Shown one piece after another: positions 1 through 12,509 of a DNA stretch of 64,000 nt. The DNA comes from Squalus acanthias (taxonomy: Eukaryota), in the NCBI GenBank assembly GCA_030390025.1, contig CM059425.1:163930001-163994000 (forward strand), given 5' to 3'. The position numbers were made by a program, and so were the translations under genes. The notes under the pieces were generated by a model. The model did no database searches. It was not told the DNA's origin and saw nothing but the letters and a program-made list of their open reading frames with translations. Numbering within the stretch: the stretch's first letter is position 1; every line of letters starts with the position of its first letter.

Positions 1-298
1 TCCTTGTATCCCTCGCAACTCACATCCCCCTTCCTCCTCCCAAACCCTCTTCCTCCTGTGTCTGCTCCTGATAAGAAACTCTCCCTAAGCCACTTATAAC
101 AGCATTTTCAAATTCCCAATTGTGCAGCCTTTGGCCCTCCATTCACCATGACATTTCTGCAGCTACCGATCTGCTGAAATGTAACCCTCACCACCACCTT
201 TGATGCCCTTTTCCACATTAAAACAATTACCCTCTCTCACCCTGGTCATTCGCCCTGGTACGGCCCTCATCGCCGCTCCCTTAAGTCCAAGAGACACA
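1..298 (+). mobile_element. L2-clade LINE fragment, 5' part, split by the Harbinger insertion at 299-2709
   Basis: Pyrimidine-rich ORF2-like sequence (...SPWYGPH...LKSK) that resumes at about 2713 in the same L2 copy. Confidence 0.65.
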
Positions 299-2709
299 GG
301 CCTAGAATTAGATACTGCTAGAAAACGGGTGCAGGCACCCTGATGCCCATGCCCATTCAAAAAGTGCAGGCAGCAAGTCAATTTCATGCTGCCTGCTAAC
401 TACCATGATTGTAGCGCACAGCCTAGCACAGAACGCACTGCTGACAGTCTGTGCACTCAGCAGGGGGCCAAAGTTTGCGTTGCTGAAGTGAGGCTAGCTT
501 CACTTAAAGCTAGCCTGCTCCTCCTAAAGGCAGTCTGCAGGTCTTAAAGCTGAGCTGCCTTCTGCAGGTAAAAAATTTAAAATTGCTTCAGCACTAGGCA
601 GTCTGCACCTCTTAAAGGTGAGCTGCCCTCTGCTGATCAAAAATGCTAAAAGTGCTTCAGCACCAACCCAAATGGCTCAGCAGGCCACGGAAAGGGCACC
701 CAGGGTCTCAGACGCACCACTCGAGCTTTGTGCAGGGGGTCAACACTGGAAGAGAGGTCCTCTACCCACAGGGGGTCAGGAGGCCCTCCAGAAAGAAGGA
801 TGTGGGACCAGATCACCGAGGCGGTCACTGCCAGCAGTGTCGCTCCAGTGACCAAAGAAGTTTCATGACCTCAGATGAGTGGGCAAGGTCAGTGAATGCA
901 TCTTCAAAAGCCGTCTCCTACCAACTGCACCATTAGCCTCACATACTGCTCAATGCACGACGGCACCCCACCCCCCTCGCCACCATCACTCACCTACCAA
1001 CAATCTCTACCAAATACGAGGAACACCTCACATTCCTAGCTTCACCTCACCTCCTTGGAGGAGATGGTGCTGGCCATTCTTGGCAGGGGCATGGCTGAGC
1101 CCTTAGCCAGCGGTGGGGCTGAAAGAATACAAGATGCCGGTATCCTCATATGTTATCCTCCTTCTCACATCCCACTTCCCCCTCATCCCACAATCTCTTC
1201 TGATTTACAAGGTGCACATGATGGAAGCATGCACCTCTTGCTTTACCCCCTCCCCTCACTACAACCCTTCCTCATTTCAGACACCCAAGAAATCCAGCTT
1301 ATCCAGCCATTGGTTGACCAACAAGAGGGAGAGGAGAGTGAAGAAGAAGAAGAAGAAACACCATCACTCGATTTCACACTCCCAGCTACCAGCTCCTCGA
1401 GGTTGTCCTGCAAGGCCATCTGCAGTGTCCCCCACTGAAAGTCAGCAGCCTTCCACCTGCTATGCAGCAGCCACTGGGGTAGCACTGTGTGACATCAGTA
1501 GGATAGGCAAAGACACACGCAAGACAGTCACAAGGGTGATTAGTTGATTTTTGATGTAATATTAGATGCATACATAGATAAAGTTGGATTGGAAAGTTTG
1601 CTTTGTGATAGTTTTTACTTCAGCAGTGTGGCCAAGAGGATGCTGTGATGGTCAGTAACAGAGGGAAGGTAAGGTGTGGAACTAATGTTGAAAGGGGAAT
1701 TGGGATTGTGTTCACTGGGACCGCATGCGGATGATTCGATCCTGGATATCCTGGCCAGAAAGGGGCTGTCTGGGTTGCATCCTTCCTTCCGCTTCCTCCT
1801 CTTCTGCTTTTTCTTCTTCTGCTTTTTCCTCTCCTGCTTCCTCCTCCCTCTGTAAACAGCTTGTCCCCTTTGCTGCCTCTGCTCCATCTCCATGTGATGC
1901 TGCAGCCCAAGGGGGTCTGCAACTAGAGCCCCAGGACTGGGAGCAAGTGATGTTCTCAGAGGCCTTCCTTTAATAGCCAAAGCCTTGCCAGCATCCAGCA
2001 GCACAACCTGTGCACTTTAACAACTTTAATAAATGTATTGCTCCAAGCCACTAATCAAATAAAATGTGAAGAAACCAGTCCAAAAGCAAAAATCTAAACT
2101 TACCTGAAAGTTGTGTGTGTCCCTTTAAGAAGCGCTGGCAGCGGCTCCGTTGTACTGCTGCACGCACATTCTTCCGTGCGTGGTTTGTAAAGGGAATTAA
2201 GGGTTACGGGGAGCGGGCAGGAATTTGGACATGAGTCTAGGTTCGGATCGGTCATGGCCCTGTGGGTGGCGTAGCGGGCCCAGGGGCCGTGTAGCCTGAT
2301 CCTGCTCCTATTTCGTGTGTCCAATTCTGTTAGGTTCAGGAGATGGTTCTGTGATAGTAGATTGGCGGTTAGGATCAGATTAGCCATGATCTTATTGAAT
2401 GGCGGAGCAGGCTGGAGGGGCCAATTGGCCTACTCCTGCTCCTATTTCTTATGTTCTTATGTTCTTATGAAGGCGTTATTAAGAGTGGCGATGTCAAAAA
2501 TAACAGATCGTGTGTCAATTCAGGCGTTGATGTCACAATCTGGATCATTTAAATATGGGAAGCGAGTGCCGGGAATGGCAGCACTGCCGACCTTCCCAAA
2601 ATGGCGGCCGCCATGTTACATGCTGGAAGTGGGTGGGAGCAAGGCGGCCGCCATTTTTTCTTCCAAACCGGCCTTAATGGCTGGCGCTAAAGGCTCCAAT
2701 TTCCCGGCC
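299..2709. mobile_element. Degenerate, internally deleted PIF/Harbinger element (Myb-like remnant on +, transposase N-terminal remnant on -)
   Basis: Ends GGCCTAGAATT and AATTTCCCGGCC, flanked by ACA/ACT. ORF pieces MAQQATERAPRVSD and REVLYPQGVRRP (672-890) resemble the Myb/SANT proteins of the other Harbingers here. It interrupts an L2. Confidence 0.7.
2184..2469 (+). mobile_element. CR1 LINE 3' end inserted in the Harbinger; 3'UTR terminal segment present twice
   Basis: KGIKGYGERAG.W C-terminus, CR1-type 3'UTR and (TTCTTATG)3 tail, similar to the CR1 tails at 8348, 17240 and 47913. Confidence 0.8.
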
Positions 2710-2712
2710 ACT

Positions 2713-4672
2713 GACTTAAAAGTTTATGGCGGACAACTGGTTTAGCCTGGCTGGACCACATAAAGCACTATCGGGTCCTGCTCTCCCCTGACAAAAAACT
2801 GCTCACTATTCCAGGATCATCCTGGAATGCAAAGATATCCTCTGGCTTCTCTTCTCCACTACAAACAGTCTTCTTAAACCCCTCTCCCCAGCCTCTTTCA
2901 CCCTCACCTCCAACAATAAGTGCAAGGAGCTCATGGACTTCTTTGTCACTAAGATTGAGACCAGCCATTCAGCTGCCTCTACTGTTTCCCTCCCTTCTCC
3001 TAACCCACAAAACCAAACTTCCCCTAAGGTTCCCCAAGCCCTAGCCTTGAACTTGCATCTTTCTCTAGTTTCTCTCCTATCTCCCCACATATCCTCTCCG
3101 AGCTCATCTTGTCCATGAGACCCAACTCCTGCTCCCTCAACCCTATTCCCACTAAACTGCTAGCCACCTATCTTCCCTTCCTGGCCCACGTTAGCTGATA
3201 TTGTTAACGGTTCCCTCCCCTCATGTCCTGTCCCCCTCCCCTTCAAATCTGCGGTCATCACCCTTCTCCTTAAAATCCCAATCTTGACCCCATTGTTGTT
3301 GCAAACTACCTCCCCATCTCCAACCTTCCTTTCCTCTCCAAATCTTTGAACGTGTTGTTAATTCCCAAACCTGTGCCCATCTTTTCCGCAACTCCATGCT
3401 TGAATCCCTCCAATCAGGTTTCCGCCCCTGTCACAGTACCGAAACGGCTCTTATCAAAGTTATAAATGACATCCTATGTGACTGTGGCCATGGTAAACTA
3501 TCCCTCCTCATCCTTCTCGACCTATCTGCAGCCTTTGACACGGCTGGCCACACCATCCTCTTCTAATGCTTCTCCTCCATCGTCCAGCTGGGTGGGACTA
3601 CCCTCGCCGGACTCCATTCTTATCTATCCAGTTGTAGCCAGAGAATCACTTGCAATGGCTTCTCTTCTTGCTTTCTGCACCGTTACCTCTGGTGTCTCCC
3701 TAGGATCTATCCTTGGCCCCCTCCTATTTCTCATCTACATGCTGCCCCTCGGCGACATCATCCAAAACACATTAGTTTCCACATGTACGCTGACGACACC
3801 CAGCTCTCCCTCACCACCACCTCTCTTGACCCTCCACCATCTCTGATTCGTTATGCTGTTTGTCTGACATCCAGTACTGGATGACTAGAAATTTCCTCCA
3901 ACTAAATATTGGGAAGGCTGGGGTCATTGTCTTTGGTCCCTGCCACAAACTCTGTTCCCTAGCCACTGACTCCATCCCTCTCCCTAGCATCTGTCTGAGG
4001 CGGAACCAGGACTGTTTACAACCTCGGCATCCTTTTTGAGCATGAAATGAGCTTCCGACCGCATATCTGCTCCATCACCAAAACTGTTTACTTCCACCAA
4101 CGCAACATTGCCCGTCTCCGCCCCTGCATCAGCTCATCTGCTGCTGAAACCCTCATCTATGAATTTATTACCTCTAAACTTGACTATTCCAATGCTCTCC
4201 TGGTCAGCCTCCCATTTTTCTCCTTCCATAAACTTGAGCTCATCCAAATCTCTGCTGCCCATATTCACACCAAGTCCCGTTCACCATTCACCCCTGTGCT
4301 CTCTGACCTACATTGCCTCCTGGTCCAGCAACGTCTCAATTTTAAAATTCTCATCCTTGTTTTCAAATCCCTCCATGGCCTTGCCCCTCCCAATCTCTAA
4401 CAGCCTCCAGCTCCACAACCCCAATTTTAATTGCTCCATCATTGGCAACTGTGCCTTCAGTTGCATAGGCCCCAAGCTCTGGAATTCACTCCCTAAACTT
4501 CTCTGTCTCTCTAGCTCGCTCTCTTCTTTAAGACACTCCTTAAAACCTACCTCTTTCACCAAGTTGTTGGTCACCTGTCCTAATATCTCGTTATGTGGCT
4601 TGGTGTCAAATTTTGTTTGATAACGCTCCTGTGAAGCGCATTGGGACGTTTTACTATGTTAAATGCAAGTTG
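2713..4672 (+). mobile_element. Degenerate L2-clade LINE (reverse transcriptase region and 3' tail)
   Basis: RT motifs QSGFRP.HSTETAL, GSILGPLLFLIYM and HMYADDTQL in broken frames; C-terminal ITSKLDYSNALL; 3' tail GCTCCTGTGAAGCGCATTGGGACG shared with the other L2 copies. Confidence 0.9.
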
Positions 4673-5757
4673 ATGATATCCAAAATGTGGTTACATTTCT
4701 CCATTATGCATTCACAAGTGCATAAATGGCCTAGTCACTAAATCTGGCTTTTCTCTATGTAAACTAAACCATTCTGAAAATAAATGTCATGCTCCACACT
4801 TGGTTTAATGAACTTTTCGATATTTATACTGGTTAATTGTCTTGTTAACTGTTATAGATGCAGTAAAAGATCATTATTGCAGCTGCTATAATGCGTGGCT
4901 GCTAGTTTTCTATTACTGCTAACAATATCACATTTTTGGGAAGCCTTTTTCAAAGTTGTGTGTTGCTGTGATTTTGCGAGAGGGTCAATAATTAACAATG
5001 ATAAATTGGCGTTTAGTCCATTTTTTGACAAAAATGGATAATGTGGCACAAAACGTTTAGTAGTAGAAATACATGTGTAATTCCAAGCCACATTCTAATT
5101 GTTTAAATCCTGTTATATTTAGGCAAAATTAATTTTTGAAGACACATTGCCAGCAACACAATGGGGTGGGACACTCATTCACACATTTGACACCGCTGGG
5201 AACCTGTCATTTTCCTGGCGGGTACCCTCATTTTGTATTCAAGCCAGCTTTTGAGTGGTGCTCCCGCTCCTGAGAAGCCGACTGCCTTTGGGTGGGAGGG
5301 AATTGTGGTATTGCTGTAGCACATAAAGGATGCAACTGCTTATAGGGCACCTACATAGGGAAATCAGGAACACATAATGTAAACCAGCACATCAACACAA
5401 TGGTATGAAGGAAGAGCAGCCATTGGAGTTTCAAGAGCCCCAAATTCTCAGATGGAAGTCCTACTGGCAGAGATATGGGCAAGGAGAGACCATTCCTTAG
5501 GGACACACGTAAGAGTGTAGTCCACATATAATGGAGGAATTTCCATAAATGCAATAATATGAATTAATATTTATAACACAAACTGTGCCTGGGTCAGTAG
5601 ACCCAATGTCTTGCATACATGTAGGACATGAGCGTGCACCTGATGTTACCCTTTCCTACTCTGCTAATTGCAGTGTTAGTAGTGCACTGAATCCAATAGT
5701 CACAGAAGGAAAAATAGTTTGGTTGCAGCTCAAATATGTAGCAGCCTAATTATCAGT

Positions 5758-6965
5758 ACAACAACAACAACTTGTATTTATATAGTGCATTTAACATAGT
5801 AAAACATCCCAAGGCACTTCACAGGAGCGTTATGAAACAAAATTTGACACCGAGCCATATAAGGAGATATTAGGGCAGATGACCAAACGCTTGGTCAAAG
5901 AGGTAGGTTTTAAGGAGTGTCTTAAAGGAGGAGAGAGAGGTAGAAAGGCAGAGAGGTTTAGGGTGGTAATTCCAGAGCTTAGGGCCATGGCAGCTGAAGG
6001 CACAGCGACCAATGGTTGAGCGATTAAAATCAGGGATGCTCAAGAGGCCAGAATTAGAGGAGTGCAGATATCTCGGAGGGTTGTGGGGCTGGAGGTGATA
6101 ACAGAGATATGGAGGGGCGAGGCCATTGAGGAATTTGAAAACAAGGATAAGAATTTCAAAATTGAGGCATTGCTTAACTGGGAGCCAATGTAGGCCAGCG
6201 AGCACAGGGGTGATGGGTGAACGGAACTTGGTGCGAGTTAGGACACGGGCAGCAGAGTTTTAGATGACCTCAAGTATACGGCGGGTAGAACATGGGAGGC
6301 TGGCTAGGAGTGTGTTGGAATAGTCAAGTCTAGAGGTAACAAACACATGGATAAGGGTTTCAGCAGCAGATGAGTTGAGGCAGGGTCAGAGTCGGGCGAT
6401 GTTACCAAGGTGGAAAACTGCAATGTGGTCGGAAGCTCATTTCGGGGTCAAATATGACACCAAGGTTGCGAACAGTCTGGTTTAGCTTCAGCCAGATACC
6501 AGGGAGAGGGATGGAGTCGGTGGCTAGCAAACGGAGTCTGTGGCGGGGGCTGAAGACAATGACTTCAGTCTTCTCAATATTTAGTTGGAGGAAATTTCTG
6601 CTCATCCAGTATTGGATGTCGGTCAAGCAGTCTGACAATTTAGAGACTGTGGAGGGGTTGAGAGAAGTGGTGGTGAGGTAGAGCTGGGTGTCGTCTGCGT
6701 ACATGTGGAAACTGACGCTGTGTTTTTGGATGATGTCACTGAGGGGCTGCATGTAGATGAGAAATAGGAGGGGGCCAAGGATAGATCCTTGGGGGACACC
6801 AGACTTAACGGTGCAGGAGCAGGAAGAGAAGCCGTTGTAGGTGATTCTCTGGCTACGATTAGATAGATAAGAATGGAACCAGGCGAGTGCAGTCCCACCC
6901 AGCTGGACAACGGTGGAGAGACATTGGAGGAGGATGGTGTGGTCAACCGTGTCAAAGACTGCAAG
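5758..6965 (-). mobile_element. 5'-truncated L2-clade LINE
   Basis: ORF 6402-7004 contains FDTVDH, GVPQGSILGPLLF and YADDTQLY; ORF 5870-6205 is the L2 C-terminus; (TTG)n tail at 5758-5771. Confidence 0.92.
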
Positions 6966-7779
6966 AGCAAAAATAAACAATAAAGTATTCACAAGATAAG
7001 GCACACAAAGAACAAAGGGAGAAAGTGGAGTTGGAATTTGAATTTGAATTTGAATGTGAATGTGAATGTTCTAAAGTGTGCTTTCAGTTCTACGATGCTG
7101 TGATGCCTATCTGTAGTAAAGTTATTCTTTCACTTGTGATCTAATGCTGAGTGAATGGGACGACTATGCAGATCTGCAACAATCTTTTTCTTTTGCAGTA
7201 GGCTACAAAAGACATTGCACTTTATAGCTACAGTATATTCCAATGATTTAACTTTCATGTATATTAATAACATCCACACATCTGAAAGCAGACAGCAAAC
7301 CTTTGAACTGTCTGTCTGCATTTTGTTTGGAACTTCTTAGGTTCAACCATTCAGCCTAATCTTAGCAGAAATCTTTGAAACCGGATCATGACATAAAAAT
7401 GATTTATTAACTGTAGAAATATTGCAGGACAGTTGGTTCCTGATCAACAGATAATTAATCTGCCAAAGCACCTTATCCTTGGAAATGGTTGAACTATTCT
7501 AGTATCAGCATTCAAAACACTGCAGATGAAAAATACAAATTTACAAAAATGCTTTAAACTATTGATTCAGCAATTCAGTCAATACAGAACCAACACAAAT
7601 ATGAAACAGAAACGTTGTTTACATGTTTAGACTTCTAAAATCTGCTACTGTTTCCAGCTGAAAGGTGGTAGGAAGTTATTGAGTATCTTCGGAGTGCTGG
7701 GAAGTTAAAAACACAAGTGCACAATATTTGAAATTTAGGTCAGGATTTTATATAGAACCATGGAAGTTTACAGTGTTCA

Positions 7780-8240
7780 ACCTATCAACTCTCAGCCAGA
7801 TCTTTGCTGGAGCAATCCAAAACTAGTCCTGCTGCCCCACTCTCTAGTCTTGTATCTTCCTCTGCTTCAAATGTTTACCTACTCTTCCTTGAATAGATGC
7901 ATTGGTTTATATCTCAGCTATTCTCTATGGCAAAGCACTCCATGCTCTAACAGTTTTCTGTTTAAAGAAATTTCTACCAAGCTTTGTGCTCCTTTAGTAA
8001 CAATTTCAAATTGATGACTCCTAGTAGTTGACTCCCCAACCAGAGGAAATAATATTTCCCAATTCACTCTACCATCCTTCAATAAATCTCCTTTGAACAT
8101 TCTTTGCTCCAGAGGAAATAGTTCCATATCTTGTCTCTCTTCATAACTTTAGATTCACATCCTTGGTATCATCCCGGGGAATCTACATTGTATGCTTTCT
8201 ATGGCGTAAATCTCCTTTCTATAATGGTGTGCCCAAATCT
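7780..8240 (-). mobile_element. Old, degenerate CR1 3' fragment
   Basis: LFPLEQRMFKGDL and LFPLVGESTTRSH match the CR1 ORF2 C-terminus. Confidence 0.7.
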
Positions 8241-8347
8241 GCACATAATAGTGCAGTTTCTTTTTAGTATTGTTATTCAAGTGTTATGCTTGGATCACTG
8301 AAATTCTGTGGTTGAATCAAAATAGTGTTTGAACAAGGTATCTGTTC

Positions 8348-8873
8348 AGAAACATAGAAACATAGAAGATAGGAGCAGGAGTAGGCCATTCGGCCCCTCG
8401 AGCCTGCTCCGCCATTCGATGAGATCATGGCTGATCATCCAAACTCAGTACCCTGTCCCTGCCTTCTCCCCATATCCCTTGATACCTTTAGCCTTAAGAA
8501 ATATATCTAACTCCTTCTTGAATATATTTACTGACTTGGCCTCAACTGCCTTCTGTGGTAGAGAATTCCACAGGTTCACCACTCTCTGGGTGAAGAAATT
8601 CCTCCTCATCTCTGTCCTAAATGGCTTACCCCTTATCTTTAGACTGTGACCTCTTGTTCTGGACTCACCCACCATCGGGAACATCCTTCCTGCATCCAGT
8701 CTGTCTAGCCCTGTTAGAATTTTATAAGTTTCAATGAGATCTCCTCTCATTCTTCTAAACTCCAGCCAGTATAAGCCCAATCGACCCAATCTCTCCTCAT
8801 ACGTCATTCCTGCCATCCCAGGTATCAGTCTGGTAAATCTTCGCTGCACACCCTCCATGGCAAGAACATCCTT
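8348..8873 (-). mobile_element. 5'-truncated CR1 LINE (ORF2 C-terminus and 3'UTR)
   Basis: ORF 8445-8858 MEGVQRRFTRLIPG...RRNFFTQRVVNLWNSLP; (TTTCTATG)n tail. Confidence 0.93.
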
Positions 8874-9182
8874 TGTCTAAAGTTAACTGTTTACTCCTGA
8901 AATGTTTACTTATCTGTTTTCGCTACAGATGCTGACTGACCTGTTGAGTGTTTCTACCACTGAATGCCTGCCGGAATTCTTGACATTAGCTGACCCTGCC
9001 CTGACCCTGGATTCTCAGGCAAGGCCAGGCGAGGAGGTCACCAGCGCATTGGAATTTCCACTTGCAGCACTTAGTATGACAGAGTGGGATTGAAGAATTT
9101 TGGTCCGAATTAGTTTATATTGTGAACAAGATTTTCAATTTGTAACTGCATGGTTCATATACTGAAGACACATACTAGACAG

Positions 9183-9420
9183 TAGTAATAACAACAGAAA
9201 ACGCTGGAAAAACTCAGCAGGCCAGGCAGCATCCGTGGAGCGAGAAACAGAATTAACGTTTCAGATCGAAGACCCTTCGTCAAAACGGTCTGACGAAGGG
9301 TCTTCGACCGGAAACGTTAACTCTGTTTCTCTCTCCATGGATGCTGCCTGGCCTGCTGAGTTTTTCCAGCGTTTTCTGTTGTTATTTCGGATTTCCAGCA
9401 TCTGCAGTATTTTGCTATCG
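9183..9420 (+). mobile_element. Short Penelope-like (pLTR-derived) insertion with an inverted 5' copy, forming a 96-bp-arm palindrome
   Basis: Arms 9187-9282 and 9291-9386 are near-perfect reverse complements; 10-bp TSD TACTAGACAG at 9173-9182 and 9421-9430; hammerhead core at 9290-9318. The family assignment is an inference. Confidence 0.75.
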
Positions 9421-11237
9421 TACTAGACAGAAGTGTTCATTTAAAAAAAAAAATTACTAGCAAGATGCTTTGTAAATTAACTTTAGTATTTTCATTTAGT
9501 ATTGTTTATTGTGCGTAGTCTAAAAGTTCCATAACTGAATGATGGGATCAAGCACATTTCGAATTTTACAATGCAGTAGGAGGCCATTCAACCCACAACA
9601 TCAGCACTCAAAGAGTTAACTACTTAGCTCTATTTCCCTGCCTTTTCCCCTTTTAAATGTTTCTTTTTCAAATACTTATCCCCTTCCCTTTTAAAATAAT
9701 TATATGGATTTTGCTTCCACCAATATTTCTGGTAGGGCATTCCATGCCTCAACAGCCCTCTATAGTAAAAAAAGTTTCTCGTAACCTCTCCCTTCATTCT
9801 TCTGATAACAATAAATTTATGCCCTCTTGTTTTTGATGCACTAACTAGTGGAAATAGTTTTCCATTGTTTATCTATTTATTTGACAAGAAGTATTCCACC
9901 TACTTACCTTGCTGCTGTGTGTTAGTGGCAGACATCGAAAAAAATATAAACTGGTGTTTTTTGTTCAAATTAGTCTTAACCTTTTACAGTTTGTTCCTAG
10001 TTACATGAAGTGCCAGAGACACAAATTTTCATTCATTGAGTAACTTCTACACAATAGTCGGCAAGGTTCAAAATGCAAATTCAAGGAAGTCAGATAAGTG
10101 ATTTCCTCCTTATCTTAAAGTGGTAAAACTGGATTAACAACATAAACACTCAGCCCACACAAACTACAAAATTACACATTCTCCCACCATTGCACCTGCA
10201 ACTATAGAATTACTGTCACATCACAAGCTACACCTTAGTTTACCAAATTGTGCAGTTATCAGAAATAGTGATGTTTCCAGGAAGAAGATAGTAAACCACG
10301 TCAGTCTAATTCTAATTTAGCCATTGTGGTTATGTAAGAAATTTAACTGAAACGGAAGTTAGTTGACATATTTTGGTAACTAGAAATTGATGTCCTCTTT
10401 TCAGGATATTACTCAGATTTGAAAATCACACCAAATATAATATACTAATCCCACAGCATCAGGATGAATTGTTGTGAAGTGTTACACAGTTTTCTTTAAG
10501 ACAAAACCTGATATTTTCCTTTGTGTGTTAGTTTTAACAAATCCATAAATGCCTTAACAATGCACTTATGCATTTGTTGAAACAAGCACACAGGAAAATA
10601 AAGGGGTAAACGATGCATTTGTACTGGATCTTCAGAATAGTGCTTGTCAATTTAAAATGGGATTGCACAGCATTAGTCAGGTAAAAGTGGTGGAGTTTTC
10701 TTTACTTCCATTGTAAAGTGTAAGCAAAAAATTTCAGTCTCTCAACCTTTGCCAAGCCAGAAGTTCCAGTCACATTTGAATTTCCCCAGTCAACCAAAAT
10801 TCTGGACTGGCCCAGTTTTGTCACTGATTAAATCTGAGTATGGTACAAAATGTACCAACTGATGCATAAGAACAAAGTTTTATCCCCAACTCAGGGTTGA
10901 CTCGATGGAAAATGCTCCACATGTGCACACAAGCATAATTTGAATGTGTGCTTTTGAAAATTCCACTCTGCATTACTAACAGTAATTACAACAAGGATTA
11001 AAAGCAAATTTAGCCCATAATGAGGAAGCAGAAAATATTGATGTCAATTATCAGTGATAAATGTTACCATTGGTGACACTTACACCTAGTTGAAGTTGGT
11101 CTTAATAGATTCAAAGCAATACAAGTGCATACAGAATCATATTCCATTTGTGATGCAGCTGACATATCTCATTCAGGCCTGTGTCATTTGTCCTATGTGT
11201 GTCATGCTCCTTGGTGGTCTATCTTTCAGAAACCAAT

Positions 11238-11424
11238 GGGTCAATTTTAACTGTTCCCGGTGGGTGGGAAACGGATGGGAGTGGTTCGGTCACCTGTTTT
11301 ACATCCCGCCTGATCTTCATTTTCATTGATTTCAATGAAAAGGAAAATCGTGTTGGGTGTAAAATGGGTGGCTGACCTGCTCTCACCTGTTTCCCACTCA
11401 CCCAGAGCAGATAAAATTTACCTC
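11238..11424. mobile_element. Fold-back MITE with Harbinger-like ends
   Basis: GGGTCAATTTT and AAAATTTACC ends; the whole unit is an imperfect palindrome centred on TTTTCATTGATTTCAATGAAAA. Confidence 0.6.
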
Positions 11425-11744
11425 CATGTCTTGACCTGTAGCCCCTATGACCGAAGGGATGCCATTTTGTCCCTAGAAGTAAACAACTATGGGCGAAGAC
11501 AAGTTGGTGTCCTGGATGAACCCCTCAATGGATGAACCATGGAACAATAAGAGCTGATTTCCCTGTTATTGCATTTTGATGTAAAGGATCTTCTGGGCGC
11601 AGCACATAGAGGAAAATTTAAATAGACAGGAAATTGGACGGACTTTATTATGGGTGTGTGATTTCCCCCCAGCCCCTCCAATTTTCCTCTCTGTTCTGCA
11701 CCCAGTGATCCATTACACAGCGAAATAAAGGAAAGTCTGCCCTA

Positions 11745-12145
11745 AAAACAACTTGTATTTATATTACACTATATCTAATCCTTAGGGTATCTCAAAGCAT
11801 TTCACAACCAATTAATTACTTTTAAAGTGCAGTCACACATGGCAGTACACAGCAAGTGTACATAAATAGCAAATTATTTAATTACCCAGTTCATCTGATT
11901 TATTTTGGTGATGTGGTTGAGGACACTGGAAGAACTCCTTGCTCTTCAAGTAGTGGCATGGGATCTTTTAAATCCAGGCAGACAGGTTCTTGTTTTCATG
12001 CCTTATCTGAAAGACAGCACTTCTGACAATAGAACACTTCTTCAGTACTGCACTCAATTATCATTCTAATTTATCTGCTCATGTCCTGGAACCCACAAAC
12101 TTCTGACTCAGAAGTGAGAGCGCTATCAATTGAACCAAGTTGAGG
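11745..12145 (-). mobile_element. Degenerate tRNA-derived Deu-domain SINE
   Basis: Reverse complement aligns by eye to the SINEs at 51021 and 51528 (A/B-box head, TAAAAGATCCCATG core, L2-like tail). Confidence 0.7.
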
Positions 12146-12509
12146 CATTAAGAATGTAATTGGACATAACAAACAACACTACTCAATCTTTCCCAAAAGA
12201 CAATAAAAACTGGCTTTAGGAAATCTGGCAGGTTTACAGCCACCAGCTGCAAGAGACCTGTGCTTTGGGAACTAGCAGCACAAATGCCTGACTGACAACA
12301 ATATAAAGGCAGCAAATTACAAAGAGATAGCTTCATTTAAAAGGCTCCCAGTTGATTGACATGGAAGTGGATGCATTTTATAGATGTCATACAGGGCAAT
12401 TCAAGGAGTGCATGTAACTATACACTTTTGCATAAACCATCTGGTTACAGTCTGCAGAGAAATGTGCTTTTATTTTTAAAATGCTGCCCACTAAGTGGCC
12501 TCCACAGTA

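Noticed and set aside
5400..5620. Additional Myb-like Harbinger remnant (RAPKFSD...EVLLAEIWARR)
   Set aside because: Probably real but too decayed to define boundaries or TIRs, so it is not listed as a feature.
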